In this document: piece after piece, positions 8,102 to 15,889 of the stretch | Position numbering within the stretch: the stretch's first letter is position 1 | How the letters are laid out: each line of letters begins with the position of its first letter | Source of the DNA: Chloroflexota bacterium | Lineage (GTDB): Bacteria; Chloroflexota; Limnocylindria; Limnocylindrales; CSP1-4 | Assembly (NCBI GenBank): GCA_012026785.1 | Contig: VEOW01000115.1 | Coordinates: forward strand, 3,495 to 67,494 | DNA: 64,000 nt | Reading direction: 5' to 3' | Notes under the pieces: generated by a model | What the model was told of the DNA's origin: nothing | What the model saw: only the letters and a program-made list of their open reading frames with translations | The model's database searches: none | Position numbers and translations under genes: made by a program

Positions 8102-9456
8102 GCGCCCTCCGTGCATCCGCGCCGGCAACCCGCGGCCGGCCGGCCGCCACCGACGCGCCGCGCCGGGGCCGTCCGCCGGCCCGCAACGAGATCCTGCGCG
8201 CAGGTCGCCTCGGCGGCCTGGAGCCGGAGAACCTGGCACGGCGTTTCGGGACGCCGCTGTACGCCTACGACCTCGGCGTCGTCGATCGGCAGGTCGCCGC
8301 GCTGCGGGCCGTCCTGCCGCCCGGCTTCGAGCTGGCCTACGCGGTCAAGGCCAACCCGGCGCTGGCGGTCGTGCGCCACCTCGCGCGCCGCGGCCTGGGT
8401 GCGGATGTCGCGTCGGGCGGGGAGATTGAGGCGGCGCTCCGCGCCGGGGTGTCGCCGGCGACGATCGTGATGACCGGGCCCGGCAAGCGCGATGACGAGC
8501 TGGTGCTCGCGGTCCGGACCGGGCTCCGGGCGATCACCGTCGAATCGCTCGGCGAGCTGGAACGGCTCGAGCGAGTCGCGGCCCGGGAGGGGCGGGTCGT
8601 GCCGATCCTGCTTCGAGCCGCCGTGTCGCCCGAGGTCGCGCTGGAGCGGGTCCGGCTCGTCGGCGACGACGGGGCCGGGAAGTTCGGCATGGCCGACGAC
8701 GATCTCCGGCTCGCTGCGCGGCGGGCCGCCCGGTCGGCCCACCTCGAGCCCCTTGGGATCCACGCCTTCGGTGCCTCGAACGTCGTCGACGCGGAGGCCC
8801 TGGCCCGCCATGTCGAGCGAACGGTCGAGCGGGCACGAGCGGTTGCCGCGGAGGCGGGGTTCACGCTTCGGCTCGTCGACGCGGGCGGCGGTCTCGGCAT
8901 TCCGTACGAGCCCGAGGATCGGGAGCTCGACCTCGCCGCGCTCGGCCGCCGGCTGCGCTCGATCAGGAACCGCCTGGAAGGGGATGCGACCACGCGGGAC
9001 GCCCGCGTGCTCCTCGAACCTGGCCGGTTCCTCGTCGGTCCGGCTGGCGCCTACCTGGCCCGGGTCGTCGATCGCAAGTCCGTCGACGGCGCCCACGTCG
9101 TGATCCTCGACGGCGGGATCCACCACCTGCTGCGCCCGGCCCTGGTCGGCCAGGAGCACCGCATCCGGACATTCGGATCGAACGGCGGACCGAGGCCGAA
9201 GGCCTTCCCGGTCACCGTCGCGGGGCCGCTCTGCTCCGGCCTCGACGTGCTCACGTCCCAGGCCGTGATGCCGCCGCCGGCGATCGGCGACTTGGTCGCA
9301 GCCCTCGACGTCGGCGCCTACGGCTTCACCGAATCGATGCCGTTTTTCCTATCGCACCCGACCCCCGCGGAGGTCGTCATCAGCGACGGCGAGGCCAGGC
9401 TGGCCCGGCGACGGATCGAGCCACGCGAATGGCTCGCGATGCAGGAGGTCCCGTGA
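8098..9456 (+). CDS. lysA: diaminopimelate decarboxylase
   Basis: PLP-fold motifs YAVKANP, GGGLGIPY and CSGLD. ATGA overlap with dapD. Confidence 0.9.
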   Translation: MSALRASAPATRGRPAATDAPRRGRPPARNEILRAGRLGGLEPENLARRFGTPLYAYDLGVVDRQVAALRAVLPPGFELAYAVKANPALAVVRHLARRGLGADVASGGEIEAALRAGVSPATIVMTGPGKRDDELVLAVRTGLRAITVESLGELERLERVAAREGRVVPILLRAAVSPEVALERVRLVGDDGAGKFGMADDDLRLAARRAARSAHLEPLGIHAFGASNVVDAEALARHVERTVERARAVAAEAGFTLRLVDAGGGLGIPYEPEDRELDLAALGRRLRSIRNRLEGDATTRDARVLLEPGRFLVGPAGAYLARVVDRKSVDGAHVVILDGGIHHLLRPALVGQEHRIRTFGSNGGPRPKAFPVTVAGPLCSGLDVLTSQAVMPPPAIGDLVAALDVGAYGFTESMPFFLSHPTPAEVVISDGEARLARRRIEPREWLAMQEVP

Positions 9457-9495
9457 CACCCGGAATCGCGGACGGGGAGCGCCTATCGTGACGGC

Positions 9496-11067
9496 ATGCA
9501 GGGTCGCGTGGAGAATCGGCGAGGCGAGGGCCGTCGCGAGCGTCGTGAGCGCCGCGCGGCGGCGGGGGTTCCCCGGCTGCCGTGGCGCCGGATCGTCAAC
9601 CCGTTCCCGCCGCTCGAGATCCTGAGCGTCGATCAGCTCGAGACGATCCACCAGGCGGGGCTCCGGATCCTGCGCGACATGGGCGTTGAGGTTCTCGGCG
9701 GGCGCGCTATCGATCACTTCGAGCGAGCCGGGGCGAGCGTCGAGCGAGAGGGCGACGTCGCCGGCCGCGGGGCGGCCGGGCTGGTCCGACTCGAGCCCGC
9801 CCACGTGGAGGAGCTGGTCGCCAGGGCGCCGTCGCGCTTCGAGCTGTTCGCCCGCAACCCCGATCGAAACCTCGTCTTCGGCGATCGCCACCTCGTCTTC
9901 GGAGCCGTCGGCGGCCCGGCCTTCGTGACCGACATCGACCGTGGCCGGCGGGCCGGCAACTTCGAGGATTTCGAAGCCTACGTCCGCCTGATCGGCGCGC
10001 TCGACGTCATTCACCAGGAGGCCGGCGGACCGCTCGAGCCGACCGACCTGCCGGTCGAGACGCGGCACCTCGACATGTACCGGACGCTGGCCACGACGCT
10101 CGACAAGACGTGGCAGTGCCTGGCCTACGGGCGCGAGACCGTGGACGATGCGATCGAGATCGCCTGCCTGGCGCGCGGGGTCAACCGCGAGCAGCTGGTG
10201 CGCGAGCCGAGCCTGATGACGATCGTGAACACCAACTCGCCGCTGCGCCTCGATGGCCCGATGTCCGAGGGGCTGATCGAGATGGCGACCTGGGGCCAGC
10301 CGGTCGTCGTGACCCCGTTCACGATCTCCGGCGCGATGGCGCCCGCCACGCTCGCCGGCGCCCTCGCCGAGCAGCACGCCGAGGCGCTGTTCGTCGTCGC
10401 CCTCGCCGAGATCGTCCGACCCGGGACGCCGATGATCTACGGCGGCTTCACCTCGAACGTCGACATGCGGACCGGCTCGCCGGCCTTCGGCACGCCCGAG
10501 TACGTGAAGGCGCAGCTCGCCAGCGGCCAGCTGGCCCGGCGGGTCGGGCTGCCGTTGCGCTCGTCGAACGTCACCGGCTCGGCGGTCGTCGATGCCCAGG
10601 CGGCGTACGAGAGCGAGATGTCGATCTGGGGGGCGATGCTGGCCGGCGCAAACCTGCTGTACCAGGGCGCGGGCTGGCTGGAAGGCGGCCTCACCGCGTC
10701 GTTCGAGAAGCTGATCCTCGACGCGGAGCTGCTCCAGCAGATGGCGCTGGTGCTCGAGCCGATCGCGGTCTCGGACGACGAGCTGGGGCTCGATGCGATC
10801 GCCGAGGTCGGCCCCGGCGGCCACTTCTTCGGGGCGGCCCACACGCTGGCGAGGTTCGAGACGGCCTTCTACCAGCCGATGCTCTCGGACTGGCGGAACT
10901 TCGAGACGTGGCGCGACGACGGCGCTCGGACTGCGACCGAGCGGGCGAACGCCATCTGGAAGCGACTCCTGGCCGAGTTCGAGCCGCCGCCGCTCGATCC
11001 GGGCACCGCCGAGGCCATCGACGCCTTCGTCGAGCGTCGGAAGCGCGAGATCGTGCCCGGCGGGTAA
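9496..11067 (+). CDS. MttB-superfamily (trimethylamine-methyltransferase-like) methyltransferase, non-pyrrolysine type
   Basis: 523 aa with an Arg-rich N-terminus, a GPGGHFFGAAHT motif near the C-terminus and overall MttB-family similarity. There is no in-frame TAG. Confidence 0.75.
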   Translation: MQGRVENRRGEGRRERRERRAAAGVPRLPWRRIVNPFPPLEILSVDQLETIHQAGLRILRDMGVEVLGGRAIDHFERAGASVEREGDVAGRGAAGLVRLEPAHVEELVARAPSRFELFARNPDRNLVFGDRHLVFGAVGGPAFVTDIDRGRRAGNFEDFEAYVRLIGALDVIHQEAGGPLEPTDLPVETRHLDMYRTLATTLDKTWQCLAYGRETVDDAIEIACLARGVNREQLVREPSLMTIVNTNSPLRLDGPMSEGLIEMATWGQPVVVTPFTISGAMAPATLAGALAEQHAEALFVVALAEIVRPGTPMIYGGFTSNVDMRTGSPAFGTPEYVKAQLASGQLARRVGLPLRSSNVTGSAVVDAQAAYESEMSIWGAMLAGANLLYQGAGWLEGGLTASFEKLILDAELLQQMALVLEPIAVSDDELGLDAIAEVGPGGHFFGAAHTLARFETAFYQPMLSDWRNFETWRDDGARTATERANAIWKRLLAEFEPPPLDPGTAEAIDAFVERRKREIVPGG

Positions 11068-11083
11068 TAGGCCGGGTGCGCGG

Positions 11084-11521
11084 TCACGCCTGGCGGCCGC
11101 TCGAGTCGGGGAGCGCGACGACTTCGACGCCGAGCGCGGCGGCAACCGCGGCGAGCCCGCGATCCGACGTGGCCAGGTCGGCGCCCAGCGCGACCGCGGT
11201 TGCGAGGCAGACCGCGTCCGCCCGCGAGATCGGGGCGCGCTCGCGATGGTAGTGACCGGCCCGGATCGAGGCCGCAGTTCGGGCGATGGACAGCCAGACA
11301 GGCTGGACTTCCAGGCCGGACGCGAGCAGCCAATCGATCCGATCTCGCACGTCCTGCTCATGGCGACCGCCGATGCGGATCATGTTCTCCATGGCCTCGG
11401 CGAGGTTGACGGCCGAGATCGACGGCGGCGGGCGCCGCCGGAGGATCGCCTCGACCTCGGGCCGACCGGGCTCGCCGGCCAGGAACGCGATCAGCGCGGA
11501 CGCGTCGAGAACGGTCGTCGC
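11084..11521 (-). CDS. vapC: PIN-domain toxin VapC (start codon unresolved)
   Basis: TVLDASALIAFLAGEPG...VNLAEAMENMIRIGG...DAVCLATAVALGADLATSDRGLAAV is a PIN fold. No canonical start near the TVLDAS N-terminus. The track ORF extends to 11695 via an in-frame upstream extension. Confidence 0.65.
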   Translation of the reverse strand, partial: ATTVLDASALIAFLAGEPGRPEVEAILRRRPPPSISAVNLAEAMENMIRIGGRHEQDVRDRIDWLLASGLEVQPVWLSIARTAASIRAGHYHRERAPISRADAVCLATAVALGADLATSDRGLAAVAAALGVEVVALPDSSGRQA

Positions 11522-11757
11522 AGCTTCCTCGCTTCGATCTCTTCCTCTTCCTCGCGCGCGATGCGTCGCATCTCGCCGCTCGTCGGGCCGGGCCCGGCAA
11601 GCGAGCCGGCCGCGGCGCCGATCGGGTCGTCTGGCAGCGGGCGGATTCTCAGCATGCTGCCCTCGTCGTCGAGGATGACGTTGCGCGTACCCCACCGCCG
11701 CCGGACCTCGGCCGGAACCTGGATCTGGCCGCCCTGTGAGATCTTCGTGATTCTCAT
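11491..11757 (-). CDS. vapB: AbrB/MazE/SpoVT-family antitoxin (VapB-like)
   Basis: MRITKISQGGQIQVPAEVRRRWG...VILDDEGSMLRIRPLPDDP swapped-hairpin motif. It overlaps the 5' region of vapC. Confidence 0.7.
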   Translation of the reverse strand: MRITKISQGGQIQVPAEVRRRWGTRNVILDDEGSMLRIRPLPDDPIGAAAGSLAGPGPTSGEMRRIAREEEEEIEARKLRRPFSTRPR

Positions 11758-11788
11758 GAGACTATCCTAGGTTTCATGAGCATGTCGG

Positions 11789-12850
11789 TCAACCGTTCGC
11801 AATGCCAGCGGCCGCCGTCGCCAGCGGTTCCTTCTCGGCGAGCCAGCACGCGGCAGATTGGCCACCGCCGACGTCGAAGAGTGGCGGCGGCTCGACCCGG
11901 CAGCGGTCGAAGGCCAGCGGGCAGCGGGTGTGGAACCGGCAGCCGGGCGGGATGGCGGCTGCGTCGGGCGTCTCGCCGCTGAGGACGACGCGCTTCGCGC
12001 GCTCCTCGGCCGTCATCGGCTCGGGCGACGGCGACACGGACACCTGCGCCTGGGTGTACGGATGGCGCGGCGCGGAGATGACTCGTGCGGCTGGACCGAT
12101 CTCCATGATCGCCCCGAGGTACATGACCGCGATGCGATCGGCGATCACCCATGCCAGCGACAGGTCGTGGGTGATGAACAGGTACGTCAGGCCGCGCTCC
12201 TTGCGAAGGTCCAGCATGAGGTGCAGCAGCTCGGTTCGAATCGAGACGTCCAGCATGCTGCCCGGCTCGTCGGCGACCACGAGCTCCGGCCCCAGCACGA
12301 GCGCGCCGGCGATGACCGCCCGCTGGCGCTGGCCGCCCGAAAGCTCGTGGGGATAGCGAGCCGCGAACTGGTCGGCCGGCCGCAGGCCAGCCGCGTCGAT
12401 CGCCTCGAGGACCCGCCGCTCGCGCTCGGCCGGCGTCCCGGCGAGGCCGTTGACCTGGAGCGGCTCGGCCACGAACTCGCGGATCGACTGCTTCGGGTCG
12501 AGCGTCTCGTACGGGTCCTGGAAGATGAGCTGGACGCGCCGCCGATAGCCGCGCAGGTGACGCTGGCCCCAGAGGTCCGAGACGTCCGCCCCGTCGAATT
12601 CGATGCGGCCACCGGTCTGGCGGGTGAGCTTGACGATGACCCGGCCGGTCGTCGTCTTGCCGGAGCCGGATTCACCGACCAGCCCGAGGACCTCGCCGCT
12701 GTCGATCGCCAGGTCGATCCCGTCGACGGCGCGGACGACCCCACCCGAGCGACCGAGGGCGATCTCGACCAGGCCACGCCGGATCGGGAAGTGGACCTGG
12801 AGGTTCGTCAGCCGGAGCAGCTCGGTCACCAGCGATCCCTCACGCCGCAT
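11789..12850 (-). CDS. peptide ABC transporter ATP-binding protein (DppF/OppF-like)
   Basis: Walker A GESGSGKTT, signature LSGGQRQR, Walker B LVVADEP and a C-terminal oligopeptide-transporter extension. Start placed at M31 (12850), adjacent to the upstream stop. Confidence 0.85.
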   Translation of the reverse strand: MRREGSLVTELLRLTNLQVHFPIRRGLVEIALGRSGGVVRAVDGIDLAIDSGEVLGLVGESGSGKTTTGRVIVKLTRQTGGRIEFDGADVSDLWGQRHLRGYRRRVQLIFQDPYETLDPKQSIREFVAEPLQVNGLAGTPAERERRVLEAIDAAGLRPADQFAARYPHELSGGQRQRAVIAGALVLGPELVVADEPGSMLDVSIRTELLHLMLDLRKERGLTYLFITHDLSLAWVIADRIAVMYLGAIMEIGPAARVISAPRHPYTQAQVSVSPSPEPMTAEERAKRVVLSGETPDAAAIPPGCRFHTRCPLAFDRCRVEPPPLFDVGGGQSAACWLAEKEPLATAAAGIANG

Positions 12851-13925
12851 CCTCGCCCGCGGCCGTCGGCGTCGCCGGCGACGCCCCACTGACCTCGTCC
12901 GACGACGGAAACAGATGGCAGGCGACCCGGACCCCGTCATCGAAGCGGACTTCGGGGGGATCGACCTCCGAGCAGACCGGCATCACGAACGGACAGCGCG
13001 GGGCGAACCGGCAGCCGGTCGGTGGATCGAGCAGGTCGGGCGGCTGGCCCGGGATGACCTCGAGCGTCCGGCGGTCGGCGTGGATGTTCGGAAAGGCGCC
13101 GAGCAGCTTGCGGGTGTAGGGATGGCGCGGCTCCCGGAAGACCCGTTCGACGGGCCCCTCCTCGGCGACCTTGCCGGCATACATGATCAGCACCCGGTCG
13201 CACGTCTCGGCGATGACCGAGAGGTCGTGGGTGATCAGGATCAACGACAGGCCGAGGTCACGCCGCAGCTGCTCGAGGAGCAGCAGGATCTGGGCCTGGA
13301 CCATGACGTCGAGCGCGGTCGTCGGTTCGTCGCCGATGACGATCGCCGGGTCGCAGGCCAGGGCCATCGCGATCATCGCCCGCTGGCGCATCCCTCCGGA
13401 GAGCTCGTGGGGGTAGGCGCCGAGGCGCTTGCGCGGGATGCCGACGAGGTCCAGCAGCTCGGCGGCTCGCCGCTTGGCGGCGGTGTCGCTCTGGCCGAGC
13501 CGGTGCCGGATCGGCTCGGCGATCTGGTCGGCCACGCGGATGACGGGATTGAGGGCGTTCATCGCGCCCTGGAAGACGATGCTGATCTCGCGCCAGCGGT
13601 AGCGCTGCATGGCCCGCTCCGACTTGGGCACGAGATCGATCCCGAACAGCTCGACGCTGCCGCCGCGGATCCGGCCGTTCGAGGGCAGCAAGCGAACGAG
13701 CGACAGCGCGGTCGTCGTCTTGCCGCAGCCGGATTCGCCGGCCAGGCCAAGGGCCTCGCCGTCGGCCAGCGAGAAAGACACGCCGTCGACCGCGCGGACC
13801 CAGCCGCGCTCCAGCCGGAAGTGCGTCTTCAGGTCGCGGACCTCGAGCAGCGGCGCGGCGGGGTCCGCGAGCTTCGGCAGCGGCCACTGGCGGCGGCCGC
13901 GGATCTCGTCGGGCGTCTGGGTCAT
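12840..13925 (-). CDS. peptide ABC transporter ATP-binding protein (DppD/OppD-like)
   Basis: GESGCGKTT, LSGGMRQR, IVIGDEPTTALD. Start at MTQTPDEI (13925), overlapping the permease stop. Confidence 0.85.
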   Translation of the reverse strand: MTQTPDEIRGRRQWPLPKLADPAAPLLEVRDLKTHFRLERGWVRAVDGVSFSLADGEALGLAGESGCGKTTTALSLVRLLPSNGRIRGGSVELFGIDLVPKSERAMQRYRWREISIVFQGAMNALNPVIRVADQIAEPIRHRLGQSDTAAKRRAAELLDLVGIPRKRLGAYPHELSGGMRQRAMIAMALACDPAIVIGDEPTTALDVMVQAQILLLLEQLRRDLGLSLILITHDLSVIAETCDRVLIMYAGKVAEEGPVERVFREPRHPYTRKLLGAFPNIHADRRTLEVIPGQPPDLLDPPTGCRFAPRCPFVMPVCSEVDPPEVRFDDGVRVACHLFPSSDEVSGASPATPTAAGEDAA

Positions 13926-14866
13926 CGGCGGCCCTGCAGCTTCGGATTCAGGATGTCGTCGAGAGCGTTGCCGAGGAGCGTGAAAGCGAACACGACGAGC
14001 ACGACCGCGGTGCCGGCAGGGACGAAGTACCACCACGCGCCGAGGCCCGGCGCGCCGGTGCTCCGGGCGGCTTCCAGCAGCTGGCCCCACGACGGCTGGA
14101 ACGGGTCGCCGAGGCCAACGAACGACAGCGTCGTCTCGGTCAGGATCGCCCCTGCGAAGGTCAGGACGGCGTTGGCCACGATGAGGTTCACGACGTTCGG
14201 GAGGATGTGGCGGCGCATGATGTGGCCGCTCGAGGCGCCGATCACGCGCGCCCGGTCGACGAACGCCCGCTCCTTGAGGGACAGCGTCTGGGCGCGGATG
14301 ATCCGGGCCGCCGACGACCAGCTGGTGATACCGATGACGACCACGATCACCAGCAGGCTGAGGCGGATGCCGAAGAGCTCGCGGCTGCCGGTGCCCAGGG
14401 CGTCGCGGATGATCGCGGTCAGGATGATCGCCAGGACGAAGGTTGGCAGGACGAGGAAGAAGTCGGCGACCCGCATCAGGACCGCGTCGAAGCGCCCGCC
14501 GACGTAGCCGCTGACGATGCCCAGGACCGCCCCGATGGCGACCGTGATGAACGTCGCCAGCAGCCCGATGACCATCGAGATCCGGGTCGCGTGGACGGTC
14601 AGGTTGAGGATCGAGCGGCCCAGCTGGTCGGTCCCGAACGGGAACTCGGTCGACGGCGGGGCGAGCCGCGGCCCCGTCGCGGTCACCGCGGTCTGGAGCG
14701 GGCCGACGAGGACGTCCGGCAGGATCGCTAGGATCGTGAAGACGGCCAGGATGCCGATCCCGAAAGCGCCGTTCGGGCGTCGCAGGATCTCGCGCAGGAA
14801 TGCCCCCCGCCGACGGCCGACCGGGCGGAGCGAGGTGTCGCTGACCGGTAGGGCAGGGGCGGTCAC
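13922..14866 (-). CDS. peptide ABC transporter permease (DppC/OppC-like)
   Basis: Multi-TM permease with EAA-like loop. GTG start at 14866 overlapping the upstream stop (GTGA). The 474-aa track ORF is an artefactual extension. Confidence 0.8.
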   Translation of the reverse strand: MTAPALPVSDTSLRPVGRRRGAFLREILRRPNGAFGIGILAVFTILAILPDVLVGPLQTAVTATGPRLAPPSTEFPFGTDQLGRSILNLTVHATRISMVIGLLATFITVAIGAVLGIVSGYVGGRFDAVLMRVADFFLVLPTFVLAIILTAIIRDALGTGSRELFGIRLSLLVIVVVIGITSWSSAARIIRAQTLSLKERAFVDRARVIGASSGHIMRRHILPNVVNLIVANAVLTFAGAILTETTLSFVGLGDPFQPSWGQLLEAARSTGAPGLGAWWYFVPAGTAVVLVVFAFTLLGNALDDILNPKLQGRR

Positions 14867-15840
14867 GTTCGAACCCGCGGGTCGAGGATGCCGTAGGTCA
14901 GGTCGGCGACGAGGTTCGCGAGGACCACGCCCACGCTGAGCAGCAGAAACACGCCCTGCAGGACGGGGAAGTCGCGGCTCGACAGGGCGTCGACCGTCAG
15001 CGTGCCGAGCCCTGGCCAGTTGAAGACGACCTCGACCGTGATCGCACCCGCCACGACGTAGCCGAGGTTGATCGCGATGAGCGTCACTGCCGGCAGCAGG
15101 GCGTTGGGGATGGCGTGGGTCCGCAGCACCCGGCCCTCGGTGAGGCCCTTCGCCCGGGCGGTCGTGATGTAGTCCTCGCTGAGCGTCTCGACGATCGACG
15201 AGCGCATCAGGATCGAGTACTGGCCGACGAGGCCGAGTGCCACCGTGGCCAGCGGCAGCGCGAGGTGGAAGCCGATGTCGGCGATCTGGTCGAGGGGTCC
15301 CGAGTACACGCGCCCGACCGTGTCGATCCCGAACGTCGGGAACCATCCCAGGCCGGTCGCGAAGATCAGCAGCAGGGCCATCCCGAGGAGGAAGTACGGC
15401 GTCGAGTACAGGATCAGCGACAGGCCGTTGCCGAGGTGGTCGAGGACGCCCCCTCGTCGCCAGCCCGAGTAGGCGCCGAGCGCCAGGCCGAGGACGATCG
15501 CGATGAGCTCGCCGAGCCCGAACAGCAGCAGCGTCGGCCCGAGCTTCTGCAGGAGTACGTCAGTCACCGGGCGACCACGGGCCCCGTACGAGAAGCCGAG
15601 GTCGCCCTGCGCCGTCGCGGCCAGGTAGGCCACGAACTGGTCCGGGAACAGCGGCTTGTCGAGGCCCCACCGCTCCCGGGTGGCCGCCACGACCTCGCCG
15701 CTCACGTTCGGGATCCGGCCGAGCAGGATGCGCTCCGGTGAGCCGGGCATCATCCGGAACAGCACGAAGTTCAGGATCACGATCAGCAGGATCGTGATCG
15801 CCGCGCTCGCGAGCCGCCGGGCGAGATACCGAAGGCTCAC
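14863..15840 (-). CDS. peptide ABC transporter permease (DppB/OppB-like)
   Basis: Typical BPD-transporter permease with 6 TM helices and the YITTARAKGL EAA motif. Confidence 0.85.
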   Translation of the reverse strand: MSLRYLARRLASAAITILLIVILNFVLFRMMPGSPERILLGRIPNVSGEVVAATRERWGLDKPLFPDQFVAYLAATAQGDLGFSYGARGRPVTDVLLQKLGPTLLLFGLGELIAIVLGLALGAYSGWRRGGVLDHLGNGLSLILYSTPYFLLGMALLLIFATGLGWFPTFGIDTVGRVYSGPLDQIADIGFHLALPLATVALGLVGQYSILMRSSIVETLSEDYITTARAKGLTEGRVLRTHAIPNALLPAVTLIAINLGYVVAGAITVEVVFNWPGLGTLTVDALSSRDFPVLQGVFLLLSVGVVLANLVADLTYGILDPRVRT

Positions 15841-15857
15841 GCGCTACCGCTCGGATG

Positions 15858-15880
15858 GGGTGGGCTGGGGGCGCCGAAGC
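15858..15880 (-). other. intercistronic GC hairpin (GGGGGCGC-cgaa-GCGCCCCC) between the substrate-binding protein and permease genes
   Basis: Perfect 8-bp stem read directly. Such hairpins between the binding-protein gene and the permease gene commonly stabilise the upstream mRNA segment. Confidence 0.4.
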
Positions 15881-15889
15881 GCCCCCGCG

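Noticed and set aside
5676-9159. Long minus-strand ORFs 5676-7361 and 7156-9159
   Set aside because: Antisense to the dapB-dapA-dapD-lysA operon, whose products are unambiguous.
9349-11361. 670-aa minus-strand ORF
   Set aside because: Antisense to the MttB-family methyltransferase gene.
12603-14507. 634-aa plus-strand ORF and other plus ORFs across 12-17 kb
   Set aside because: Antisense to the well-supported ABC transporter genes.
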